DNA of 64,000 bases, taken from contig JAQGDQ010000095.1 in assembly GCA_030141605.1 (NCBI GenBank), forward strand, positions 248,001 to 312,000. The letters are read 5' to 3'. The DNA is from Tubiluchus corallicola. Its lineage: Eukaryota; Animalia; Priapulida. The notes beneath the pieces are model-generated. The model had not been told where the DNA came from. It ran no database searches and saw only the letters and a program-made list of their open reading frames with translations. How positions within the stretch are numbered: the first letter of the stretch is position 1; the number at the start of each line of letters is the position of its first letter. Both the position numbers and the translations under genes were made by a program. Of the stretch, positions 14,543 through 27,400 are shown piece by piece.

Positions 14543-14913
14543 ATCGTCACTGTTGCGCTGGCAGTACGTTGAAAAAGCGATGAAGTTTTTACTTAAGTTA
14601 AAATCAGATTATCATAGGTACATCAAATATTGTCATATCTCCCGTCTTTTTCTCTCTATTCTTTTCACTGTCACTATTAACAAGTTCGTCCTCATCTCTT
14701 TTGTACTAACTAATCTCTCTCGCATTTCAGAGTCTCTCGTACAAAGTCCGGCTTTTGAGGGCCGTGCAACACATCACTCATTATTAGTACGACTAATTTG
14801 TATAAGCTACAGTAAAAGTTTCCCCCATCAAATGCTATGATATATTTTATGTGACTAATGTTGTTTGTAAGACTGTAATTGCTATTGTATTTTACATTAT
14901 TGTACCGTAAGCT

Positions 14914-16828
14914 TGTTGTGGAGATCTGGAATATTCTATAGTATGGTAGAACAATCTTCTTACTTTAGAAGATTAGAAAACTTTCTATACGCGATGCGAG
15001 TAGTGCTTTCCTAATGGTTGATTTGCACTGATATATAAGGCAGAACCAGCCACTTGAGTTTATTCTCTTGTATCCTTGTATTCTCAAATTCTCAGATACG
15101 CTTTCTCGCTTTCAAAGTTCTAAGTCTTCAAGTCAAGCCTGTAGACACCAACATCCTCCGACAAGAGTCGGGGAAAGATCCAGTGCTAGCTACAGTCATG
15201 CACTACGTCCAAGCACACTGAGATCAACAAAGAAGTCGAAAAGTTCCGGAAGTTGTCAGATTCACTCACTGCCACAGATGCCTCATCCATAGATCAAGAG
15301 TTGTGATTCCACAAAGCCTGCAGTCCAAGATCCTGGATCTACTGCATATTGGGTACTTTGGCATGGAACGCATGAAACAGTTGGCAAGAACTGCTGTCTA
15401 TTGACCCAGTATCGATGCGGCTATCGAGATGGCTAGCTGACGATGTGACTTGTGCGGAGAACATCAAAACAAGCCACCCAAGCCTGCAGTTCATCCATGG
15501 ATGCTACCAGAGAACCCATGGAGCCGCTTACACCTGGATCACGCCATTAACTTCATGGGTACGAATTGGCTGGTGATCATGGATGCTTACTCAAAGTATC
15601 CATGCATTCACCCTACGTTTTCCACGTCCACTAGAGCCACTCTAGATCTGCTAGAAGAGGACTTTGCTCACTTTGAATTACCTCACACGCTGGTCACAGA
15701 CAATGCATCAACCTTCATGTCTGAAGAATTCCAGAGCTGGTGCAAAGAACTTGGAATCACACATCTCACAGGAGCTCCATACCATCTAGCTACCAATGGA
15801 GTGGCAGAACACTTGGTGCAGCCATTCAAGCAAGCACTCAGGACGTCTTCTCTGCCTCTGAAGCGAGCTCTTCAAGAGTTCCTGATGCAGTACCAGAGAA
15901 CACTGACATCCTGTGGATTCTCTCCGAGTGAACTCTTGATGTCTCGGCAGATACGTACAAGGATCAACTCCCTGCTACACTCGTCAGTACACACCACTCA
16001 GGGCAAGCAGTCCAAGGAATCATCTCGCTTGACTCCAGACTCGGGAGGTGTCGCCAATGTCACCACGCAGTTTAAGGCTGGAAAGCCTGTCTATGCACTG
16101 TACTATGGACCTCGTCGAGACAGACATCACTGATGGGTACCAGCAGTCATCAAGAAGTCTCTGGGTACTCGCTGCTTCAACGTTAAGGTTCTTCCTCATG
16201 GTCCAACAGTGTGGAGACGACACTGGGAACAGCTACATCCATGCTATGCTTCTGCAGAGGACTACGAACCTGGTGATGAGATGGACTTTACTGCTGAGCT
16301 TCCACCTGATCATCCAATGGAGATCCTGGAAGAACTGCCAGAAACTCCGAAGCTGACCGGAGCACCTCTGCCCAAGCCCGAGGCCAAGCTGCCTGTGCCA
16401 GAGTATGGACCAGACAACCCCAGATGATTCAAGAGAACACCCAAGCAGAGAGTAGGATCAATTTCGGTGGGGAGGTGTTGTGGAGATCTGGAATATTCTA
16501 TAGTATAGTAGAACAATCTTCTTACCGTGTGGAAGATTCGAGAACTTTATATACGCGACGCGCATAGTGCTTTCTAGATGGTTGATTTACACTGATATAT
16601 AAGGCGGAGCTGGCCGCTCGAGTTTATTCTTTTATTTTCTTGTATCCTTGTATTCTCAGATTCTCAGATACGCTTTCTCGCTTTCACGTTTCCAGATTAT
16701 CACATTTACCGTAAACATGTCGCGTTCCTTTATACTTTTGTGTTGTAGAATGCTCGCATAATAGACTAGTTTAATTTGACGACGTGTTTTCTGGTTTTCT
16801 CTACGAGCCTTCCAAAAGAAACAAAACA
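14914..16828 (+). mobile_element. Internally deleted Ty3/Gypsy LTR retrotransposon (truncated 5' LTR, integrase remnant, PPT, 3' LTR)
   Basis: 5' LTR TGTTGTGGAGATCTGGAATATTC... at 14914 to about 15114. Polypurine tract ggtggggagg ends at 16475. 3' LTR 16476-16828 (TG...CA). Integrase ORF lies between them. Confidence 0.92.
15290..16430 (+). pseudogene. Gypsy integrase pseudogene (HHCC remnant and DDE core, K02A2.6/Mag-like)
   Basis: ORF 15450-16133: HPW..PENPWSRLHLDHA...LVIMDAYSKYP...LVTDNASTF.SEEF..WC...GITH...APYH.ATNGVAE. In-frame stops occur both upstream and downstream. Confidence 0.9.
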
Positions 16829-19800
16829 TTAATTTTCCTTGCTCGTAATTATCGTGTGCTGGTGTAACAAATAAATTATTATAATTATTATTATGAAGTT
16901 CAACTAAATTTATAGCAACGTGCAACTGTACTTTGTGTGACAAATGGCAACTGGTAAGTTTGGCAACGGCCTAGGGAAAGCTACTTTTAGGATTAAAAAT
17001 TAAAGAAACTTTCAAAAAATGTTAACAATGGTAAAACAGGAAAGACTGAAACATGTAAACCTTCGACAATAATCAAAATTTAACGAATTGGCGATTAAAA
17101 GTAACAAAAGTCAAAATGTTCTTAAAAAAATCTTTATTTTTTTAGAACCTTTCGTTCATCAATCATCACAGCATCAGCTGTACAGAGAATATAATATTAA
17201 TATGATAACTGTATACCATATAGTTTAAAAAACAAACAATTAACAAGCTTGTAATTTAGGAAAAAGTACAGCTAAAATGAAATAAAGGTATACATACAGA
17301 GCCATTAAAATAAAAGATACAATATTCACAAAGAACCTGATTTAGAAAATTTATTTAGAAAAAAATTGAAGTTACAATTATTTTACAACAAGAAAGACAA
17401 GTTTAAAATTAAACCAAAACATACATGGAATGAACCTGATGCATCTAGATCCTGCAAGATAACCAAAACTATACACATCTATTGAATTAATAACGAACGT
17501 TAGTTTTAGTTAACTAACTACTTAAGGTGCAGTATCAGAGAGAAAAGACTAGAATTGATTACTTGTGGTGTGCTGAAAGTCAAACATATGTTATATATAT
17601 ACCAAGTCTCTTGATCAACACAGTGTACTTATGGATGTCAATGTTGTATTAACAAAAGCTGAACGGTTGAAAAATACACATAATTATCTAATATAACTGA
17701 AATAATTATAATAGTATAAAGCTCAGAGACTGGCGAAATGCTGTCAGACAAACTCGTTAGTGAAACAGATAAAGAAAATTACTAACCACACTTGTTATGC
17801 TAGTGGGCTCATAATTACTAACATCAGACTTGGATCTCTTCTTGAAAGTCGTTGTGGTGTTTGCTTTGCTACTACTCGTAAGAAGCAACACCTGAACGCA
17901 ATGACTGATTGAAAATTAGACATAAAGGTCGCTTTAATACATTGTGCCATGATATTATGAGATGATGATCGTCTATTATGGTGGTTTCTGAAATGCAGGT
18001 GTGCTATTATTATAAAAACAGATTTTGGTGTGGACTACCAATTTCCATTTCCTGCCCACCTTAATGGTGTAACACACATTCTCTCAAATGCTCGCCACAA
18101 GTCTTACAGCATATAAACAAATGTGAGGAACATGGAAATTGCACACAGTATAGTATAGTGTACACAGTGTAGTGTAGTATATATATCTTGCTGTCTCACT
18201 CTCTCGCCGTGTATGTAGTATACGCTTCACGTGCAAATAACGCTGTGCTCGGGAGTAAGTCTCGAGACTTAGCAGAGACTAACCACCTCGAAAGCCTGAT
18301 AGGCTATTGCGAGGCTTTCGACGCCTACTGGTTCATTGACGTTTGTTTAGCGATCTATGTATTGCCAACCTTATGGAGTTGTGCAAGAAACTATGTTGAA
18401 TTGACTTAAAACACAAAGCAATTTACGTTCATTGCAACACTTTTTCAACTGCGCTTACGATGACCTAAAATTATGTTTGGTAAACTCGAAGAACTTCATA
18501 AATATTGAGAATATTTTATTGTAATTTATTGATATATTGTTTTCGTAGAAAGTAAGTCTCTATTTGATCGTTCGTAGTTCATCTATGCAATAATTAGTAG
18601 CGGGTTAATTGAGAATATCAAATAAAACTAAACTCGTTGATTTGTGGTATTAATGATACTGTTTTAGCAGTGATACAAGATCGCTAGTCTCTGCACAGGG
18701 TAATGCACAGCCTACCACCACGTCTCTTTTGCCTGCTGTTTACTTGCATCTTAACTCTTTTTATAGCTGTATTATGTATGTTATACTTGTATTATGTTTG
18801 AGACGAATTCAAATTCCAGTCTGCAAAAACATGAGTAGGAGAATGACATATGGTCTTTGCTTTTAGACTACTTGCAGGTTAAGAATACCTGTATGGAATT
18901 ATAAGTTTCTAAGTTGTTACTTTTCGCTTTGCGTTCCAGCAAAACTTGGTATTAAGTGAAAGTATGCAAAAATAACTACAGTAAAGGTAAGAAGATTCAT
19001 TGAAGGAGCAAAAATCCTTAAAGCCTAAAGGGGAATATCATTGAAATCAAGTTAAACCTATTTTATACTTGCTTTCCCCATGAACAACTTGGCAAAAGTT
19101 TTTTACCAGTACGTTGTCTAGTTAATGAGTAATTAACTTTTTTGTTTCTCGCGGGAAATGCCATGGAGCTGCAATTGTCTCTCGGGGTGAAAAAATTGAA
19201 ATAGCACAGCTCTGCTGATGACGTAGCAGACTGTATTTGCAGCTGGTTAAGATACTGTCATACACAACTGGGCTAAAAATAAAACTGTTATTATTACATT
19301 ACAGTATTTGATGTTGGGTCGGATAGGTAGTCAGTTAAATAGAAACAATTGTCGTTGCGCTCATTAACATGTTTTCATCAAAAGCGATAATATTACTACC
19401 CTCTCGAAAATTATAGGTCCATTATAATATATTCTAATAGATGTGTAAACAATCATTGCGCAAAAGTAGACCAGCCTACAGTATATTGTGAAAATTCTTG
19501 TGGCATTAATTGAAAACATCGTCAGCTATACAAGGTGCAAAAGTGTGGGCTTTGGGGACAAAAGTTCTTTTCTTGTAAAACAAGTCCGATAAAGTAACGT
19601 CTTCTGCTAGAAGAATTAATGAATTTGTGAATGCAGAGAAACTCACTAAAACATAATTATAATGCTGTGACAATAATGTGATAATTTTTAGTGACCACTT
19701 CATTACATCATCTTGGCAAAAAATATGTGAACCTCATGGACACAGAGACTATAACATATTAGCCGTAGAAATAGTGATTAAACATATATGAACATTTTTA

Positions 19801-20999
19801 GCTTTGGCGTGTTTCAGTCAATTAAATCAGTAAGACTTTTAATATCAACCAGAACTTTAACTGTTTTTCCTTAGCTTTTGTTTTTACATATTAACAATAT
19901 GTTGTGTTTATTTTTACACTGCAGTATTATTAAAATATTAGGATTAAATAAAATTTTTGTGGTTAGTTGGACTGAAATAAAAATTAATGATAATGATACA
20001 TTTATTATTAACGTTGTATTATCCACTTTTACAAAATAAAAAAGTAACGATGTAATGTGGTTCGACGATAAACTAATTATTTATCATGTTATTTCAAGCA
20101 AGGTTATTCTGACACTCATTCTATTGCAAAGTTAAAAGGTATTTTTTATTACAAAATAATCTAGTACAATGCTTGTTATGCTACACAAATTACTAAATAT
20201 ACTGAAGTCATTGTTTATGGTGTAAGGATAAACAATTTACAGTTGTCTTTTTCTTTAACTAATATTCAAAATTCAGGAAGAAACATCATAAATAAAATTT
20301 TAGCGCAAAAATTGCATTACGTAATGTAATTGTGATATTTTTATTGAAATGGATACAAATCTTGAGCTTACTAAACAGCATCGATACACTATGCACTTGG
20401 GCTTAAAATGAAACAAATTGAAAAACACACTACCAAAAACTGCATGTGACTAAATCTGTCCGAAGTGTAAGCACATTATTTTTAACACTAGAGTTCATCA
20501 TGTTCTAAACTCACGTTTTAAAGCAAGCAGCCGAGAAATTATCACACACAGATCAAGTCGTGACAGTTTGTAGGCTTGAATCCAGCTTTTTTAGATTGTG
20601 CTTTTGTTGCTTCAATAATTTTTGTTGTTCATTGGAAACTAAGTAAAAGCTTTTATACTTTGGCTTCGTATTCTAACACTTTCCGTCTGACTGCTGCATC
20701 GAACGGCCCGTTTAATTGCTGAATCCAGTGTGACACATTCAACAGCTGTTTTTCAATATGAATAATTGCTATGACCGAAACTGAGCAAATCACGCATTCA
20801 GTTCACAATAAGCTAATTTTCACCTTTTTACCGTGATACCGCCACTAGGTATAAACTGCGTAAAAGTACTGTATGCTGACGCTGCTTGCTGGTGTAAACA
20901 AACACTCAAACAGTGTTGTGCACAGTGCATACAGCGTAGGCGTTCTCCCCTTATGAGTTTTGCCAAGTTTCATCTGTAACACGACAATTTTTGCCACCA

Positions 21000-21116
21000 G
21001 CTGTGCACGCGCAGGTCCATGCTCAATGGCGGCCTAGTCAAATGTTCGTTTTGTTTACAATTTTATCCAAACGTTTGCCAAGGATTCTTAAACATGAAAT
21101 TTTCGTGAAGAATGAG
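21000..21116 (+). promoter_or_regulatory. Candidate promoter and non-coding first exon of AMBRA1
   Basis: CpG-containing patch with a YY1-like ATGGCGGC (about 21026) and a strong donor GAG|GTATGT at 21117. The AMBRA1 ATG exon has its own acceptor (24391-95), so an upstream UTR exon or trans-splicing is required. Confidence 0.4.
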
Positions 21117-22357
21117 GTATGTATTTGTATTCGCAATATAATCATGAGTTATTCAAGCTCACCTTAATTTCGGTGATATTCCCCTTTTAATGCTTGTCCC
21201 ATGTAAATCAAAGGTAATAAAACTGTAACTGAGTTTTTGTCCAATATCGGAGCTAGAATTTTGAGTGTGTTTTTGTGCTCCACAACATATTATACACTGT
21301 TTAGATATATTTTAAATATCTTTAACTCTAACTTCTTTTATGGATAATTTTTCTAATGAAAAGTAATAAAATCAGTAAACCACCAGTGGTATTATGGTTA
21401 TACATTTAAAAAAATGAAGTGAGCAGGCGGCCTTCAATCTCTTATGCATTATAGTGCGAAACGGCGAGAGCCCTGACAATCACGGGATTGGTCTGGGCAA
21501 CATGCTTTTTTGCCCAAAAGATATAAGTTTGCTGGGAAGATGGCAGAAGGCACTAAAAGTTTTTTATGGTATGCAACAAACCCAGTTATGCACTTGAAAT
21601 ATTGTGCTTTTTGTGCTTTTGGTACTTTGGATTGACGAAACATCTGAGAAGGCTTAAGTAGATATATGAATGTTTAGACCTAGACCTTACATTTAGACCT
21701 AAAAATATATATTTTTTATTTTTTTATTTGTTGTTATTTTCACACTAAGGGTAGGCAGAATTTTATTTTATTTTTTATTTCTTTGCCATGTGCCTATGTT
21801 AAATGTGAATTTACCAGATTTTGTAACTGAATTACCACATCTGGTTTTGATGAGTTCACCACTTTCTTACATAAATAATTTATTTAAAATAGTAATTTTT
21901 ATCTAAAAATAATAATTCGTTTCTAACTAATTAGTAAGAGATAATATAAATATGTAACTATAGCACCAACGCCACCACCTTTCACCATCGCCACTGTCGC
22001 CAGATTTTCCACATTTACTGTGTGATGAACATTAGTGTGTCTTGGCTGCATAGTCGCTACATTGTAAATTATAAGTTCTTAATATTATAAAACTTTATTG
22101 TTTAATTAACTTTATTTTTATATCTCATTTTTATTATAATGTACAGTTTTTATTATAAGTACTAACTTACAATGTGCATTTGCATTGGGTAAAAGTAGCT
22201 GTATTAAATTGATGAACGAGGGACAGTCTTTCGAATTTTATAACTGAATTAGCTTCTTATGCCCGTGATGTCAACAAGTTCTGTTTGCTTGTCACATTTG
22301 TTTGAAAAGTACTAGCTAAGAAACAGTGTCTGCCAGATTGCATGCTGCACGGCAATA

Positions 22358-22730
22358 CACTCATATCTCGGTTTGCCGGATCTCGCTTTTACGAATATCA
22401 AAAATATCGAGCAAAATCTGGACCGTTAAAAGCCCCGCATACTATGGACACAGTCCGTTGTTTTGCGAGCTGGCCACTAGTTGGCAGACCATCACTTTGT
22501 TTACATCATTACATCAGTGCAACTAAGCAGCATATAACGACACGTGTGTAGGTTGTATGTCAGGAGAGCCCGTGCTAGACGTGTTTAAGACAATTAGGCG
22601 ATTGATTCTACATTACCACGAGTTTAATAGTCTATGCCTACTGTATTAGCTTAGTATCGGTAAATATGAACAATTGGCATATTCTGGCCGACGTCTCCTT
22701 GCTTTTGTCCGGCAAACCGAGATATGAGTA
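22358..22730. mobile_element. Tc1/mariner-type MITE
   Basis: TIR CACTCATATCTCGGTTTGCCGGA / TCCGGCAAACCGAGATATGAGTA with TA flanks (22356-57, 22731-32). Confidence 0.85.
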
Positions 22731-22759
22731 TACAGAGTCTAAAACTCTTTTATTTTAAC

Positions 22760-22816
22760 TATGGCTCGAAGCCACAAGGTTCTGGGTTTAAATCCCGATT
22801 AACTCGCATTTTTTTC
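22760..22816 (+). repeat. tRNA-derived SINE fragment
   Basis: B-box-like GGGTTTAAATCCCG followed by a T-run; no complete cloverleaf. Confidence 0.35.
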
Positions 22817-24400
22817 AGAACCTTCCTTTTTATTTTTTTAACTATTGATTTTATTTTTTCATAAATTCAAAGTTTCTGCTTAAATGTTGGTCAATAGGCA
22901 AACCTGTTTATTTATTTTTTCACATAATTGGTCCAGATAATGATTCACGTCTGCGCTTTTCAGATGGTTTCGATGACGTTGTATTAATCGTAACTATCAG
23001 AGTGTTTCATTATGAGTCACACTATGCAGACTGCACTTGACGACTGATAGCTACAGTCATATCTGATAACTACTTGGGCTTCAAGTTACAAGTTTGAGTG
23101 GGTGAGCCTTGGTCATTTAGTGTTTGCTTTATTGAGCCAGCTGTAAAAATTTCATTTTGATTAACGTAAAAAAATGAATTGAGTAGCTTATAAAATGGTA
23201 CAGTCGGTCAGCCACAAGAAACAATGTTTTTCTAGGCCTTGCCAATCATTAATAATAAACCTACAGTATTTATTTATTCATTTAAAAATACTTTTAGCCA
23301 TCCAGGGTTTCCTCGGCCCTGTATGAGTTCAAATTGTTCAAAAAAATTTGTTTCCATTAAATATATTAAAAAGTTTTAGTTTTTACCATTTTTTGAAAGT
23401 TTTGTTGTATATCTATAGAGTTATTAAATAATGAAAGATTATTTTTAAAAGTCAGAATATGCTGTCTATATTGAAGTGCATGTAGTAATGTTTTCATCAA
23501 TTTTTCACTTTGGATTGTGGTTGAGTGGTATTGTCTGAATGACATGGGTACGATATTTATCACTCTGAATGCTACTCGTAAGCCTTGACTGTCTAGTATC
23601 TACTTCGTAGAGAAGAAATGTACACTTGCTGTATACATCCAAACATGGCTGAGAAATGCTGATTCTGTGGCTTATTTTAGAGAGATGTCCTCAATAATAA
23701 CATTTCTGCTTTGACAACTTTGCTCGACAAGCATGTTTTCCAATGATTGATCTTATTGTTTTTTAAATTTCTTAACAGTGTAGCATGTTTTTATTCTTCA
23801 TTTAATTTTTCTACATTTTGTGAAATGCTTTTGCAAATCTTTGACTGGGATAAGTTTAGAGCATTGGTGATATCTTGCTAATCTGTCTTTAACATCAAAC
23901 CATCTTAAAACATCAAACCAACCAAACTGAAAAAATGTGGAATTATTTTGGAAATTGGCAGTTTTAAATATTTTAATGCGATTAAATAAGTTCCTTTGGC
24001 TGTTTGGTCAGAATAATGAACATTAACAGATTAGAAATTAGAAATGATTGCTCTTAGAACTGCTAACTAAATTATATTAATACTGTAAACCAGATTCTGA
24101 AAACAACTATGAGGTAAATTTTTGTGCATTGAGGTTCAAATCCTTGTTTGCAAAACAATATTTTTGTGATGCACTATTCAAAACAATAGTTGCGAGTTGA
24201 TTGCCTGCTATGCAACTAAACTATGGAATTAAAAAAACTTGCAGTGCGAACCAGAAGAACATTCCAGGTCATTTGCTTTCGCCATTTGCCTTTATATTTG
24301 TTAACTTATGATGATTTTCATGATGTTTCGATTATGATGAAAATGATATTCCCATGATATTATATTAGAAACAACAATATGTATGAATGTTGCAGTAATA

Positions 24401-27400
24401 ATGAAGGCGCCTGTTGTTTCGTACCTCCATCAAAGGCAGCTTGGTGGCCGAAGTGGTGCCACTTGTCACTCTCACCTTCAAGCTTTGGCAGAACATAAAC
24501 TCGTGGAATCTCATGAATTTGACAGCAAGCCTTCACAAGTGCCATCTACTACAAAGACTACATTTCTTGTTGCTTTTAGTCTTGATGGGTACGTCAGTAT
24601 AATGCTAGCATTACTTGCAAATGCTGTGGTAATCATTTTAGTTAGATGTCTATTACATTTGTGTGCTATTTTTTTCTGTTTCTTAATCCTGTCTTTATAG
24701 TATTCTTATATAAATGGCATATTAGCGTACTTTTTATCATAAAGTTTATGTTCCAACAGTTGACAGACTGAAATTTTATTCAGCAATTTAGTAGGTATCT
24801 TTGCTTTTTTCAGGACAAAGATGGCTTCAACACATGGCGATCATAACGTCTACATTAGCCATTTACAAAGTGGTGTTTGTCTGAGCAAGCTAGAAGGGCA
24901 TCCTCGTACACCATGGTGCATTGCATTTCACCCATCGTCTAATGAGATCTTGGCATCTGGGTGTTTGGGAGGGGTAGTCAAAGTTTGGGATTTACACGTA
25001 AGTCTCTTTCTTTGTACACACAGTTACTGCTATTGCTAAATAGGTCCCGGATTCGATTTTAATTTACTGTGGTTACTAGTGGCAAAGAACCACAACTTTA
25101 ATTTGTTTGTCACATTCTATGTAGATAAATGCTAATATCAAGGTTTTATATGTGTGTTCTGTATTGAAGTATTGACACTGTGCTAAGTCATACTGACTCT
25201 AGTAATAAAATTTTCTCCTTGTTGCAGTGGACCTTTAACTAATAAACATTATTATCATTGGACCAAAATTTTCTATTAGCACATTGATCAAATCTTTTTT
25301 TTACTGGATACCTATTTTTTCATTTTTAGGGTGGTAGTGAAACATATGAATCGCCTTATGGTACAGCAATCACATCTCTAGCTTTTCACCCGACTGACCA
25401 CGTTCTCGTGTTTGCTACCTTTAATGAATTGTTTTTCTGGGACTGGTCAGAACCAAGTCCTTTTGCTAGCTGTAAAACAGCAAATGAGCGTGAAAAACTG
25501 CGGTAAGTCACAATTTTTATTTGGTTGTGGAATTAGTTATTTGACGAATTAAAACTAGTGGGGCATGCCGTTTGGAAAAATTACCCAGTCTCTTTTGCAC
25601 TGTCAGTAGAACACTTTGTGTTATTCAACATGCTGTTAAGTAGCCACAAATTAGTTTGTTTTAGAACAAATGATTATGCAAACGATAATTGATATTTTAA
25701 AGATAGTGTTAATATCAACATTAAAACCACACATGCTTGTAGTGATTATTATCGTATTTTAACCAAAATTTTAACTGTGACATTTTTTGCAGATTTGTAA
25801 AGTTTGATCCATTGGGACACTATATTTTTACAGCCATTTCAAATCCAATGATGCACGATGCTCCGATTTTGCCAACGTAAAAACTTTTATTGTTGTCTTG
25901 GTTGAAAATGAAAAAAATAACTTTAAGTCCTTCGTCAGTGAGGCTTAGTAAGACATACTGAGCATCTGAGAGAGAATCTGTTATTATTAAATTTATTCAT
26001 CCTTAATTAGATTGTGACCTTCATAATGATTGCTACACCACTTTAGGTTAACTTATATTAGTAACAACTGCACTTCGTTATTTTATTTTTTGGTTGTCTG
26101 TTTAGCTATTGCATTTAGTTTACTATGTTTTAATTACTCATATTTTTCACAGTGATCGGCCCAATTCTTTAGACAATCGACAAGCAGACTTGCTGGAACA
26201 GTATCGTGCAGTTGTTAATAGGTATAGGGAGTTTCAGAGGGACTATGGTAATGCACGAATGTCGTTACGTACCTCTACAGCTCCAGCAAGGTATCTTTCA
26301 TGGTCGTTTTTCTTCTTTTTTGGCACACATGTGCCAGCTAGGCTAGGTATAAACTTTTGTCACTTTTAATGCCGTGTTTTATGACAAAAATTAAAGTTTC
26401 AATCAAGTATTATGCTGTTTTGTTTTGCAGATGTGATACCCTAGTTTCTTGTTGAAGATTTGTCACACTATCCTGCAAATTTGTACTTTGAGAATCTAAC
26501 ACTTTGTTTTCACACATTAATACAATGAGAGTGGTTATAGTACGTTGGCAAGGTTTTTCGTAGTTACTTTACAACTTTATTTCATTCATTGCAACTTTGA
26601 ATATTTTTTTCATTGGCATCAGCACGACTGCTTCAAAATTCTTCTTTAAGTTAAGTTCTACAACAAGATCATTTTATGGATTGCTTCAGTGCACTAACTA
26701 TTATTCTGTTTTTAGTTCAGGTAATGTTGAAGTTCAAGATTTAACACTTTCACCTTCTCGTTCATCGACAAGTCATGAACAAAGAGCTGGAAGCTCTGGT
26801 ATGGATGACAGTATCATTCAGGGACTAACAAGCCATTTACAAAGGAGGTATGGTTTTTGGTCATTTTTTATAATTATTGAAATTAAAAAAGTTAACATTT
26901 TTTAATGTCAATAATTATACTTAGATAATAACACGAAGACATAGTTGACCAATAGCAATAGGAAAACAAAATTTTACCTGTGTTTTGGTTATCTTTAGCA
27001 TATTACCTAACAAAAATGGTAACAGGACTTCTATTTTGACCATAAGCTGTCAGCATGGTAAATGAATGTTGAAAACATTCATTATATTTACAAAATCTAT
27101 GGAAAGTGCTATGATTAGAAAGGGTAAGAATTGGAACAGTTCTTTTGTTCCACTTCATGTAACATGTCGAATGCTGATTATCATTCTAAATCTGTGTTAA
27201 GCCTGTTTGTTTTTTCAATATTTGACAGAATGGGTCTTCTGCTTAACTTATATTTGAAAAGGGTGATTGCATATCAGTTGAATGTACAGTGAGATAATTT
27301 TTCTTATTTCATATTTAGGCATAATGATAGACGGCAACAACTGAGGGAAAGAAGAAGTAATAGGCATCTTTGGCAAGGAACTGAGCATTTTTCTGATGCT

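Noticed and set aside
19210-19235. CTGATGA inside a hairpin as a hammerhead ribozyme core
   Set aside because: No following stem II and GAAA element; the motif is only a 6-bp stem-loop.
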